From: Octopus vulgaris
Taxonomy: Eukaryota
Direction of reading: 5' to 3'
Length of the DNA: 64,000 bases
Assembly: GCA_951406725.2 (NCBI GenBank)
Contig: OX597831.1
Span: forward strand, 68,448,001 to 68,512,000
Made by a program: the position numbers and the translations under genes. This document shows, piece after piece, positions 25,391 through 39,001 of this stretch. Position 1 is the stretch's first letter. Every line of letters begins with the position of its first letter. The notes beneath the pieces were generated by a model. It was not told where the DNA came from and searched no databases. It saw only the letters and a list, made by a program, of their open reading frames with translations.

Positions 25391-26025
25391 ATTATACCAA
25401 AATATAATTATACCAAAATATAATATTATACCAAAATATAATTATACCAAAATATAATTATACCGAAATATAATTATACCGAAATATAATTATACCAAAA
25501 TATAATATTATACCAAAATATAATATTATACCAAAATATATTATTATACCAAAATATAATTATACCAAAATATAATTATACTAAATTATAATTATACCAA
25601 AATATAATATTATACCAAAATATAATATTATACCAAAATATAATTATACCAAAATATAATATTATACCAAAATATAATATTATACCAAAATATAATTATA
25701 CCAAATATAATTATACCAAAATATAATTATACCAAAATATAATTATACCAAAATATAATTATGCCAAAATATAATTATACCAAAATATAATATTATACCA
25801 AAATATAATATTATACCAAAATATAATTATACCAAAATATAATTATGCCAAAATATAATTATACCAAAAAATATAATTATGCCAAAATATAATTATACCA
25901 AAATATAATATTATACCAAAATATAATATTATACCAAAATATAATATTATACCAAAATATAATATTATGCCAAAATATAATTATACCAAAATATAATTAT
26001 ACCAAAATATAATATTATACCAAAA
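25391..26025. repeat. AT-rich minisatellite with mixed 16- and 18-bp units ATTATACCAAAATATA(AT)
   Basis: Roughly 35-40 tandem units with few variants. Confidence 0.95.
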
Positions 26026-26261
26026 GAGGGCATGTAACAGATACAGTTTTGGTCAGTCTGAGGAAAGCTAACAAACTATTTATAGTTGTATTTGCAGAAT
26101 AATAATAGTCACAACACTGAGACTAATTTCCCTAAAGATGTATAAATAACTCTGAGAGATACAATCACAAGTAATTTGTTGTTTTACCAATTCATTTCTT
26201 TTCTTTTCTTGTTTATGTTTCTTACATTCATTATAAAAAACATTCTTAATAAACATTTAAT

Positions 26262-26339
26262 AACACACACACATTTATATATATACATAAATATGTATGT
26301 ATGCATGTATGCATGCATTTATGTATGTATGTATGTATG

Positions 26340-26411
<72 letters not shown>

Positions 26412-26646
26412 TAGATGAATGTGCATGTATACATGTGTGTGTATGTATATATATGTATTTATATACATTTAATGTTGTGTATGTATATATATACATATAT
26501 ATATACGTAATCTATATATATATTTATATATATATACGTATAAATACATATATATATAATACGTACACACACACACATATATATACACATATATATGTAT
26601 ATATGTAATATATATACATATATATATACACACATACACACACACA

Positions 26647-26678
<32 letters not shown>

Positions 26679-26706
26679 CATACGTATATGCACACACACA
26701 CACATA
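26262..26706. repeat. Degenerate TA/TG/CA microsatellite field
   Basis: Direct inspection. Confidence 0.9.
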
Positions 26707-28969
26707 CAGAGTAAGAGAGAGAATTATTATTGTCTGCTTTATAATTTTTATTGATCATTGTAGAGACAGTTGTAAAGGAAATTACATTTATCATCGAGGT
26801 TCTATTCAGATTATATGATGCTGCAAAAAAAAATGTATTTATGAAGCATTGTATTATACATACAAATAAGTTTCGTTGATATTCATACGTAATTTTTTTT
26901 TATTTTCATTATGTTAATCTTTAGTAAAAATCTCAAAGACATGGCAGTGTAGACAGACGCAGGCTGTGTGTTTAAGAAGTTCATTTTGCAATTACTTAGT
27001 CTTTGGTTCTGTCTGACTGAATAGTATCTTGAGTTAGTGTCTTCCACGATGATAGTGTTTTGACTAATACCTGGTAAATGAAATTAGTAGTGGAGAGTGT
27101 GTGGAAGCCTGTCATTTACGTGTGTAAGAGGAAAGAGGTGCATGTGAATGTCTCTGTGTTTATGCCCTTAGCAGTGAAACAAATGGAGATTATTGAATAA
27201 AGCAACAGGTTTTAAAATAAGTATTGCGGTCAATATAATTGATTAAATCTCTTCAAAATACTGCCCTAGCATGATTGGAGTCACTGTAACAAGAAAAGCA
27301 AAAATGAATAAAAAATGGGAAAGCATTGCCTTCATTACATTAAAAATGCTGGGCTTCCTCTTTAAAGACAGAAAATACTGAGCCCTTAGAAAGCTTAAGT
27401 GCAATGCCACTTATGAGTCATGCTTTCATATCCATATTCCACATGTACAAACATCTAAGATCAAATATGAGACAAGGCCATTTCCAGAGCAGTCAGAAGA
27501 CAAGTATGGTACAGAACTTTAAAGCTTTAGAGAATATTTGTACTTAGAACCTTCTTATTTTCTAATAATGAAACAACCAAATTTTAAATGCACTTACTTA
27601 CCCCTAACAGTATCTCAGCTGCTGTTTTTAGCTTTTGGCAGAACTTTGCATAGTAGCAGGTTGAAGTAGGTTTTAAAGTTCTGTACTAGCCTTTTCCTCT
27701 GTCTGCTCTGAACTTTTGAGCAATTGCCAATGGATTGTAGCACACAGCTTCTTGGAACTGAGCAGCATGCACCCGTCACACTACAACCAGTAAAAAAGGG
27801 TTTCAAATGTTGATAGAAGGCCAGCAATTTCAGGGAACGGTGCTAGTCAATTACAACCCCCCCCCCCCCAGTGCTCCACTGTTACTTATTTTATCAACCT
27901 TGAAAAGAATGAAAAGCAAAGCTGACCTCAACAGCTTTTGATCTCAGAACATAGAGTCAAAAGAAATGTTGTTAAGCATAAGCATTTTTCTGGTGTGCTG
28001 ACAATTCTGCCAGCTTGCTGTATAGCTTATAATAATAAATGTTTCTAACATAGGCACAATGCTATAACCTTGGGAAATTATTTTTTTCTTGTTGAATCCA
28101 AATATTTCTTAAGCTTAGTTTAATATCTAATTAAAAGATTAATTTAAAAGCGCCAATCTCATTGAAATCAAAATTCTTCAACAAAAGCTTCTTTAGAATT
28201 GATAATTTAAAAAAAATAGTAATAGCTAGTTACTTTATTGTAATGATTAACTACTGTAATTTTTAATATTTTATTACTATTGAAGTCTCTTTAAGAAATT
28301 AACAAAGTATTTATGTTAAAATTGGTTTTCTTTAACTGACAGATAAGAACATAAAATGAAATGTATTTTGGTTTTATGATAGTGGTGTAAATGTTATTGA
28401 GATTTAGAAGTTCACTAAAGATATTGTTTGAGAATACACTATACACAATTATGCATTCAAAATACATCATTCAAAGTATAAACAAATAATAATTCTCAAG
28501 CACACATGCATACATATACAAACATATTTTCCCATACTCATATACATACCAGATTATTTAATTAGCTGAGAAATAATTATGGTACACTAACTACTTAATT
28601 GCTGAATATTTTATTATTATCAATTCAATGTAACCCAATAAAAGACAGCTTGCAAGATTTAGTAGCTATATGCTACTGCAGTTATGGAAAATACTTTTGT
28701 GATTTTTCTATGCAAAGCTTTTCGAATTACTTTATTGACTGTTAAAAGTACTGGCTAAATGCCCAATCTATTAGCATAGCCAAAATGATTGAGACAATTA
28801 GAAATGACTATTACATAATGCTTCTAAAGATTCTGTTACAAAGGAAATCAACTCCTCAGCCTTATTTGTCAGTTAGTCAGTGATCCAAAAATAAGCTTCT
28901 TTGATGTTGGCTCCCAAAATTCTGTTTACTCCGAGTACTATAATGACAACTTTTTACTGTTTGTCCTAA

Positions 28970-29008
<39 letters not shown>

Positions 29009-29009
<1 letters not shown>

Positions 29010-29172
29010 GCGCAGGAATGGCTGTGTGGTAAGTAGCTTGCTTACCAACCACCTGGTTCCAGGTTCAGTTCCACTGCATGGCACCTTGGGCAAGTGTCAT
29101 CTACTATAGCCTCGGGCCGACCAAAGCCTTGTGAGTGGATTCGGTAGACGGAAACTGAAAGAAGCCCGTCGT
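29009..29172 (+). mobile_element. SINE family A, 5' half ending at the internal (TA)n
   Basis: GGCGCAGGAATGGCTGTGTGGTAAG...GGTTCAGTTCC...GAAGCCCGTCG. Confidence 0.85.
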
Positions 29173-30689
29173 ATATATATATATATATATATATATGTGC
29201 ATTTGTGGGCACAGGATGTCATAAAACATGTACAACAAAAAAAATATGAAGTACAAATACATGGAATATGAACTATTTTTTTTAACAATGAAAGACACAA
29301 ATGAAAAACAAGACAAACAACATAAAGAACGACCCTTCATCAGTTGTTGGCTGTTTTTTTATATATATATGTAATTTCTATAAATTCCATCTACTAAGCC
29401 TTATTGAAACTAAATCTAACATCTATTAATTCCCCACTAAGCCTTTCTTTAATTACAGCTATGCTTTATGGTGTAAGCCAAATATTTGTTTGTCTTATTA
29501 ACAACACAGTGTTACGAGTAAGAGATATCAATCATATGTACTCAAAGTATTTTTTATTCTTTCTAAAAGTAAATATTGACTCTGTAGCTTCAGCTTATAA
29601 AATGGTTACCCTCAAAAGATTCACAGTTCATCTGCTTTTAGAAATCTCTTCAAGAACCACTCTAGCCTAACATAGTAAGAATTATATCAGTGAAGCCAGC
29701 TTTGATTCCAGAACTAATAAATATTTTGAACTTTCATCTAAATGATTAAAAATGTTTGTATCTCATCATTTCTGTTAGCTTCTGTTTTTATCTATGCTTT
29801 ACAAGTCTTGTGGAACTGCTGTCCTGGTAATAGTAGTTGTGGTTATAAATATTGATCCTAATTTGTTCAGCATGAGGAAATATGTCAGGAAGAAAGCTGT
29901 AGGATAAAGCTTTTGATTGCTACATGCAACCATAGCCATCACATCTTTATTAGTGTTTTTCTTGTCAACATATTTGGACTTAATACGTTGTCTCTATTTG
30001 AAATAATTGTATGGATTTTATTGAATGAAATATGGCAGGTAAATTTATTAGGTTCTTGATAAAATATTACTGTTGTTTTGCTCCAAGTCAACTCTAATCA
30101 AGTAGTTTATACGATTCATATCATTTTAACTATGAGTGTTTCATTCAGTTTAAAAAAATAGTTTTCTAAACTACTGTATCCTAAGAAGTCTTGTGGGGTT
30201 AGTGGAAGACTTGGCTATTATTTCTTGTTGACTCAATTGGTTTACTTGAAGTTTCTTTGTTGGCACACCTGGTTAATAAGTACTGAACCACATAACACTT
30301 TGCTTGAAGCATTTGACTCTTCAATTTCCACCAAAATATCAAAATGCATTCATTGTATCTACTCAACAAGCAAACAATCTCTCAGAAATTACCTTCCCTG
30401 ATTGGTCTACTATTGAGGGGGAAAATATATATTAGCTTCTAAGTGTTTAGTTATTGTTTACTGTGCAATGAATGCTAATTATTGTATGGTGACTCTGGTA
30501 AATATGATAGGCGTTACAAGGTGTTACACTTAGGCTTTGACTTCTATGAAATGGATTTGTTGGACACAACTAGAAAACTGCTCTCAGGGAGTTAGAATTT
30601 AAGTATGTTATGTGGTTTAAGCATGCTATGTTATATGGATATATTCATAGTTGATGATATAGATATATACTTGTGAGATATTTTAGAAA

Positions 30690-30919
30690 GCCACCGAGCG
30701 GGCAGAAACGTTAACGCGCCGGGCGAAATGCTTAGCAGTATTTCGTCTGTCATTACGTTCTGAGTTCAAATTCTGCCGAGGTCGACTTTGCCTTTTATCC
30801 TCTCGGAGTCGATAAATAAAGTACCAGTTTCACACTGGGTCGATGTAATCGACTTAATCCGTTCGTCTGTCCTTGTTTGTCCCCTCTATGTTTAGCCCCT
30901 TGTGGGTGGTAAAGAAATA
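30690..30919 (+). mobile_element. SINE family B (Nin/Deu-like core)
   Basis: GGCAGAAACGTTA...GAGTTCAAATTC..GAGGTCGACTTTGCC...TTTAGCCCCTTGTGGG..AAAGAAA. Confidence 0.85.
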
Positions 30920-33159
30920 TAATTATGTTTTTAAACATTTCTTCTCCCTTTCTTGTTTGGCCAGAGATAATGTTAGCTGCTAACTTCTTATGTTTCCTGA
31001 TTACCCTATTTAACAATATTGCCTTATGTTATTGAATATAATATTGGAAATAATAAAACCATCCTTTTTAATGTATGCTAGGTTTGTCAGTTCTACATAA
31101 TACGTAATTAGATTTTTCCACAACAAATTCCTAACTTTTAAATTGATAATTGCATATTTGAGCTAAAATGAAGACAGGATGGTCAAGATTTGAATGCAAT
31201 TAATTAAAAGCTAAACATTTTCACATACTGACATTTTGTACAGTTTGATTTTTTTTTTTACCAAGAAAAACAAAAACAAAAAAACAAAACAAAAAGATAT
31301 GCATTGTTGGTTTCATTGCTGTATTGTTGAAATTGTCTTGAATAGATACTTTGTACTACTATTGGAAACAATTTCAAGTAGAAATATAGGAGCATGAAAA
31401 GACAACAGTATAAACAGTGAGAAAGTGTAGTAAAATTCCTTGCCCACAGGATTAACTATTTGATTCAGTTATTTGTTCCTATGAAACTGGATTCATAGAC
31501 CTTCAGACAAACTGTTAACCACATATAGCTTATTTTGCCAAATCAGTGTTTTCCAAAATCATATTTTGAGTACTTTCTATATATTAACCCTGATATGTTG
31601 TGTATTAATTTATGGGAAATACTTTCTCCTATTTGCATTGTAAAAGACAAACACAAATCTATGAATTTGCAAAGCACAATGCCATTGTGTATAAGTTTCT
31701 GTAATAGTCGCTTTGTAATATAAGAGGTTCTTTTTCATTTATGTGTCTAAATCTACATATAATTGAATATATGCCTGTTGTTCTGTTTATGCTTTCCCTG
31801 TATCTAAGAAACATGAAGAAATATTACATTATTCCTACTGAACTGTCTCTGAAAATGTCCTTCAGCCATCGTACAATATAGTTTAGATACACATATATAA
31901 TCTTCCAGCTATTGTATATCCAATTTCTACATTTCATTTTCAGCAGCTTCAGTCATTTTCGCTTGTAAAATATTGTGATAAGTGAAAATGGATTTTATTT
32001 ATTTCTTTTTTTATAATTTCTCTTTTTCATTCTTTCCTGAAATTGTCACTGTCCATCTCATAACTCAGTTAAGGAAAACTAGCCAACTTCTCTATCATTG
32101 CAGTTCTCTATTTACATATCTGTCAGAATATCTTACTTCATTAGTCATTCTCAAACTAGTTCTGTGTTTGCTAACTTATATAGATATTCTCAGCAGTTTT
32201 ATATCACTGATTCTTGAAATTTGTATTTATATTTACTTTATTCTCATTAGCACAAACTTTAAAAATATTATTCTCCAATTTTCATCAGTTTTCCTCACTG
32301 GAGATATAAAAGCCAAGGGACGTTTTAGTAATGAATACTTTATTAAAGATGTATGTGCTATATGAGAAAATTTTCAGTGTAGCCATTAACTTACCAAATA
32401 GCATATTTCTTCCACAAGATTGTGTTTTACCATTAATTGAAAAAATATCAACAAATTCCACAAAAGAAAAATGCACTTCACAAAAACTACAAATAATAAG
32501 CTGTTACTTCTGATGAAAGGAAAACTTGTGAAAATCATTCAAACATACTTAAAAGTGTGCTCATTTAAAATACTTTTTTATTGCTCTTCTTTTCCTTGTT
32601 AAAAAGCTTCTAACTGTTCCACATTTCCAGGATTTCAATTCAGATTGCCTTCAACATAACACTAATATTTTCTTTTCCATTTTCATTTCATATATATGAA
32701 ACTTGTGCTTACAGTTAATCCTGAAGATAATGGAAATGTCATTTTGCTGTATGCTGCTTTTTCTGTTACCAATTCATTCCAAAAAATATAGAATTGGGGG
32801 TGAAATCCTATCTTTGTTTTGCAGGAATAATTTCTATTAAATTTCCATAACAAGCTCTTCTGTAATAATACTAATTCTGCTAACAAATTTCAGCAAGCTA
32901 TAACTGATTCCATATGGTGTCAAAACATGTACTGCATTTCTGTTAGTAATCTGGAGTATCCAGTTGCATGTATATTACAGAAATGCAAGAAATGCTTTGA
33001 TATGATAACGAGTAAATGATAGTTGAATATGATAATACGAGTAATTAGTGTGAACAGGAAATTCTTAACCACATAGTAATGCTTGCACCTATGTATGTAT
33101 ATACACACATGTTTGTATGCATATACATACATTAATATTCACACACACACACATTTAAT

Positions 33160-33720
33160 GTACACAGATTTTAAATAAGACTTACTAATAGTTTCATGCT
33201 ATAAAGATACAATAATCGGGCAGACTCATATAACATGCCATATGTCTCCAAGCAATCTTTCAAGCTCAGTGCATACTGATAGAGCTACTTGAAAATCAGG
33301 ATGCAGGTCTATAAGAAAATACAGAAAGAAAATGTGAAGAATATCGATGCAAAAAGTGAAATGAGAAGAAAGGAAGAAAAAGCAAAACCAAAATTTTCAT
33401 CTCCTTTGTCTGTAAAAATCATAATTAATTTAACTGATATGGAATAGTATAATGAAGAGAAGGCCAAAGTCTGTGAGACAGTCACTCAATCTGGTGAGGG
33501 TAGTGTCGTCCAGTTTCAGAAAAGAAATTTGTCCTTGTACTTGCATTTGCTAAAAATTCCAGATCTGGAATTAGTGTTGTGGAATTTTGAGAATCATAAA
33601 AGAATGTGTGGTCTTTTTCAGCTACATATAACTTGCATTTCTTTGATCCATTTTTATATGGAATATAGTTCTTCATGATTCTTCGCTTGACCAACTGCAC
33701 ACCTTATTCTGCATTATTGG
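33160..33720 (-). mobile_element. Penelope-like retroelement 4, 3' fragment (endonuclease C-terminus + pseudo-LTR)
   Basis: ORF 33482-33700 IPYKNGSKKCKLYVAEK parallels PYDKGKKFCLLCNSE of element 1; hammerhead relic UUGAAAGA-uugc...gcau-GAAA-cuauuag-UA at about 33179-33268. Confidence 0.6.
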
Positions 33721-34501
33721 TCATCTCCTCCCTCTACCTCCCATCAACCTCTGTATCATTGGTCACCTCAACTCTACACAATTTCTACAGTTGTCACCTA
33801 CCATCCCTATTCCTTACCTTCCCTATTTTCCATCCCTGATTACTTGTTCATAATGTTCACCTTCTTATCTATTCTTTAACCAACTCTCACTCTCCCTTAC
33901 ACTTTTGTAGTCTCTAACCCCTCACATCTCCTGTTCCTCCTCACTTCTACTCACCTTGTATCTTAAGGGTCCACTCTGATACCTCATCACTACTATTTTT
34001 ATCTCTCTTCAGTTCCACCCAATTACTTCTTTCTTCTCTATGATTATGTTAGAAGTTGTGTAGCTCTCTTACAGCCAAAAACCTGTTCTGGCCTCTTCTC
34101 TTTCACATAAACCCCTCATCCTTTAGCATAAAGCCACCTCCCTCTCTACTGTAGCCTGACAGTTGAAGGGGATCTTAGTCCTGCTGGCTGCATGGCAACC
34201 TCATTGATGCTGGTGCCATGAAAAAAAACACCCAATGCCCTATACCCAGGCATAATGAAAGGTATCCAGCTATAGAAATCATGTCAAAACAGACATTGGG
34301 GCACAATGTTTTCTTCAGAGCTGTTGGATCCTGTCAAAATATCCACCCCATTTCTGCATGGAACATAGACTTTAAATGATGATGAGGACAGAGGATGCAT
34401 GTAATTGGCAGAATCATTAGAGCATTGATATAAAATGCTCTAATGATTCTGCTTTCCATTTCTCCTGGGTTGATAAAATAAAATACCAGTCAAGTATTGG
34501 G

Positions 34502-34900
34502 TACTCTTTTACTCTCTTACTCTTTTACTTGTTTCAGTCATTTGACTGCGGCCATGCTGGAGCACCGCCTTTTAGTCGAACAAATCGAACCCAGGACTTA
34601 TTCTTTGTAAGCCTAGTACTTATTCTATTGGTCTCTTTTGCTGAACCACTAAGTTACGGGGACGTAAACACACCACCGTTGGTTGTAAAGCAATGGTGGG
34701 GGGACAAACATAGACACATACATATATATATACATATATACGATGGGCTTCTTTCAGTTTCCGTCTACCAAATCCACTCACAAGGCTTTGGTTGGCGTGA
34801 GGCTATAGTAGAAGACACTTACCCAAGGTGCTGCACAGTGGGAATGAACCCAGAACCATGTGGTTGGTAAGCAAGCTACTTACCGCACAGCCACTCCTGT
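34502..34900 (-). mobile_element. SINE family A, near full length, inserted in an old family B remnant
   Basis: Head, internal microsatellite and (GAGTAAAA)n-like tail all present. Confidence 0.85.
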
Positions 34901-35545
34901 GGGGTTAATGTAATCAACTAACCCCCTCCTATAAAAATTGCTTGTGCTTAATACGAAACAGTAATATTGATGGATTTACTCTTCATATTCCAATCAGCTA
35001 CAGATGGCTTTTGCTGTAATGTTGAACATGCTTTTGTTAAACATCAAGCGGATGTAAAATTCATTTGGCCATACAAAGTGGCTGTTACAGATACATTAAA
35101 CATTTTAGCACTTTCAAACTGCAACTGATAAAGTCAATTTTGATTTCAGTTTGTAAATATGAGGCATAAATCATTAATTACAAAAGAAACAGTGGAGAAA
35201 TAGGAAAAGACAAAGGGTTAAGTAAATTGTAAGGGTAATTCATAAGTTTGGTTGCCAAGAGAAATTTTGAACAGTTTGGCGTATTAGTAATGTAATGACT
35301 GATGTAAATAACAAAATAAGCAAATAGGCTGATAAATTGAGACAGGAAGTAGTTGATTAGTTTGTGATTGCAGTGAAAGAGCTATGTAGAGGGTAAGATG
35401 AGGAGAGAGAAAGAAAGAGGTGGTTGGGTAGATAAGTGTTAGAAGGACCAACTAGAAGTGTAGGGGGAGTTAACTAATATTTTCTGTTTGGACCTTTTCT
35501 ATATAGATATAACACACTAAATTTATACACATGCATATATACAAA

Positions 35546-35818
35546 CATCATCATCATCATCATCATCGTTTAGCGTCCGTTCTCCATGCTAGCATGGGTT
35601 GGACAGTTCAACCGGGATCTGGGAAGCCAGAAGGCTGCACCAGGCTTCAGTCTTATCTGGCAATGTTTCTACAGCTGGATGCCCTTCCTAACGCCAACCA
35701 CTCCGTGAGTGTAGTGGGTGCTTTTTACGTGCCACCTGCACAGGTGCCAGGCGAGGCTGGCATCGGCCACGGTCGGATTGGTGCATTTTACATGCCACTG
35801 GCACGGAAGCCAGTCGAG
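35546..35818 (-). mobile_element. Retroposon family D 3' region
   Basis: (CAT)n CGTTTAGCGTCCG...; matches the other copies. Confidence 0.8.
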
Positions 35819-35831
35819 ACATATATATATA

Positions 35832-36035
35832 TGACCGTGTGTGTACCATCGACGATTTTTTTTTACTCTGTCTTCCCTTCTATGGATCTTTCCTTCTCCT
35901 ATGTTTCCAACGAAGAGCTCCGCTCGAAATGTTAAACCCTCCTTCTTTCCTTCTTTCCTGTGCGTCCAATAATACTATATTTGTTCCACGTCCTCGCGTT
36001 GTTGTGTTTTTTTGTTCTTTCTTGTTTGGATTAAC

Positions 36036-36036
<1 letters not shown>
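35832..36036 (+). mobile_element. Isolated Penelope-type pseudo-LTR-like piece with a decayed minimal hammerhead (35903-35937)
   Basis: gttt-CCAACGA-aGAGC-tcc-GCTC-GAAA-tg-TT-aaac; embedded between (TA)n tracts. Confidence 0.55.
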
Positions 36037-36096
<60 letters not shown>

Positions 36097-36101
36097 ATAT
36101 G

Positions 36102-36161
<60 letters not shown>

Positions 36162-36198
36162 GTATATATGTATATATATATATATATATATGTATGTA

Positions 36199-36237
<39 letters not shown>

Positions 36238-36272
36238 ATATGTATATATATATATATATGTATGTATATATG

Positions 36273-36303
<31 letters not shown>

Positions 36304-36308
36304 ATATG

Positions 36309-36339
<31 letters not shown>

Positions 36340-36674
36340 ATATGTATATATATATGTATATATATATATATATATATGTATGTATATATGTATATATATA
36401 TATATGTATGTATGTATATGTATATATATGTATGTATATATATATATATGTATGTATATATATATATGTATGTATATATATATATGTATGTATGTGTATA
36501 TATATGTATGTATATATATATATGTATGTATATATATATGTATGTATATATATATATGTATGTATATATATATATATATGTATGTATATATATATATGTA
36601 TGTATGTATATATATATATATATATGTATGTATATATATATATATATGTATGTACATATATATATATATGTATG

Positions 36675-36707
<33 letters not shown>

Positions 36708-36762
36708 ATATATATATGTATGTATGTATATATATATATGTATGTATGTATATATATATATG

Positions 36763-36807
<45 letters not shown>
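36037..36807. repeat. ~770-bp (TA)n/(TATG)n microsatellite array
   Basis: Direct inspection; source of the 226-333 aa spurious ORFs. Confidence 0.97.
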
Positions 36808-36812
<5 letters not shown>

Positions 36813-36834
36813 GCTCACACACACACACGTTGTT

Positions 36835-37090
36835 GTATGAATACTGGTGCAGCAAACATGTTGAGGATTATTGATTTATTGTATGTGGAAAGTTCTGAGG
36901 ACCATATTTTCTTTATCTTGGCTGTACATTCCTTATTACAGGTTCCATCATGGGAAATATTTTCATCCATTTTTAAGTATCTGTAAGCAATTCTTATCTC
37001 ATAATGGAGAAATGGTGAGGTCACTGATAGTACTGACAGTAAATGGGCTTTCAGTTCTTCAGTTTACAAACATGCAAAAACATTTATTCT
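36835..37090 (-). mobile_element. R4/Dong-type LINE RT C-terminal fragment
   Basis: [45 protein letters not shown] resembles the post-RT region of R4/Dong elements. Confidence 0.6.
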
Positions 37091-37444
37091 GACCAAACTC
37101 CATCTCTATCTTTTTAGAATGTCATAAACTAAGCAAAGGTTTTTCTTCAGACCTTTAACATTGTTTGCAAAGTTTTCCATTTTCAAGACATCTACAAAAA
37201 AAAGCTATGAATATGGTTGGTGTTTCTGTCTTCCTTTGGTTCAGTCATGCATCCTTCATTTCTATAACAAAAAAGACATGCGGCTTACGGAAAATATAAA
37301 CAACACTGTAAAGAGAATGTGTGTGCGTGTGTGTGGAAGCATGTATGTACATGCATATGTATATACATATGTATGTGCATGTGTATGAATATATGTTGAT
37401 CCTTGTGTAAAATATACAGAAACTAACATATGTATTTGTCAGCC

Positions 37445-38165
37445 TTCTTTTATATGTTTCACTCGTTTGATTGCAGCAGTGTTGGGATTCTGCTTTGAAG
37501 GGTTTAGTTTAAACAAATAATCTCAAATACTTAGTTTTAAGCCTGATGTTAATTCTATAGGTTTCTTTATGTCAAACCACTAAATTATGGGGATGTAAAC
37601 AAGCCAAAACCTATTGTCAAGTAGTTGTTGGGGACAAACATAAAGACACACACACACACCATTTTATCATTTCATTTTATCTAGTTTCAGCTCACGAGCT
37701 GTGGCCATGCTGGGGCAGTTTCTTTTAGTTTCTCTCTGTCAAATCCACTCACAAGACTTTGTTTGACCCAGAGCTATAGTAGAAGACACTTGCCCATGGT
37801 GCCACACAATAGGACTGAACTTGAAGCATGCTTCTTACCAACATAGCCAAACCTGTGCCTATGGCTGTGCCAGCATTAAATTTTTGGGTTTTCCTCCCTT
37901 TCCTCATGTATTCACATATATTTCTCAGGCTTTCATTCTCCTCCCAATATTGGTTTCAAAATTTGGTACAAGGCCAGCAATTTGAGGGGAGGGAGTAAGT
38001 TGATTACATCGATCCCAGTGCTTAACTGGTACTTATTTTATCAGCCCTGAAAGGATTAAAGGCAGAGTTGACCCTGGTGGCATTTGAACTCAGAATGTAA
38101 AGACAGATGAAATGCCACTGAGCATTTTGTCTGATGTGCTAATGATTCTGTCTGCTTGCCACCTT
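37445..38165 (-). mobile_element. Decayed SINE family A (37445-37862) and family B variant (37950-38165)
   Basis: Recognisable similarity to other copies in the window. Confidence 0.65.
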
Positions 38166-38961
38166 ATTTCTTCTCCCAATGGACCTTTATGCTCCACTAC
38201 CTGATGCCGATCTCAATACACACCCTCCGATCTAATAATTAGCTCAAAAACTTTACAGTCTACTCCTCTACTCTGTTGCTGCTTCGGTTTCCTGAAAATT
38301 CTTCACTTAACCTGATTTCTATAAAAACAGATTTTGATGCACCATTAAGTCTTATTTTCAGATGTCATCTGAAAATACCACTTCTGTTATACCACTTCAC
38401 CAATTCACATATAACTCCACTGAACTATCAATTTAATTTATTTACATTTTCTCTGTTCACAAAAACAGCCTGAGTCGTTTTAATCCTATGTTGAAATTTC
38501 ATCAGCGGCCAAGTATTCGCAGAGGTATTGCCTATAAATTCATGATCACTAAAGAATTAAGTAAATCAAATAGACTGATTTGCTTAAACAGTATTCTGGT
38601 TCAGTGCTTTGCTATGTACTACAGAATATAGCAACAGATGTATATTTTTGTATGTATAAGTTGATGTAGATACTTTGCCTTATTTATGCACAATATCTTT
38701 GCAGTCAGAAAAAGACGGCTAAGTCCAACTAATTTCAATCCTGTTTTGGGATTTTATCAGCATCTGAGTACCCTTCATAACTAACAGTCCATGGGGCTGA
38801 CAGCTTATAAACCCACTATTATTAAAAGCTTAACAATTGGAACTAATTCAGTTGATCCATCTTTTTCAGTCCAGGAAAATATCATAGATACAGACATCTG
38901 TTTACATATAAGTGTTGGCTAAAATCGTTAGATATTTTCTGTAATAAACTTTAGCATGCAT

Positions 38962-39001
<40 letters not shown>

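Noticed and set aside
29197-29360. Complete hammerhead ribozyme
   Set aside because: Only the CUGAUGA half is visible on the minus strand; no matching stem II/GAAA/NUH found, so it is kept only as a pseudo-LTR-like fragment
35839-36874. Five overlapping 226-333 aa ORFs
   Set aside because: Translations of a (TA)/(TATG) array (YI/YM repeats) that is open in several frames on both strands; the same applies to similar ORFs at 7-311, 5515-5887, 16789-17176, 26176-26794 and 59791-60223
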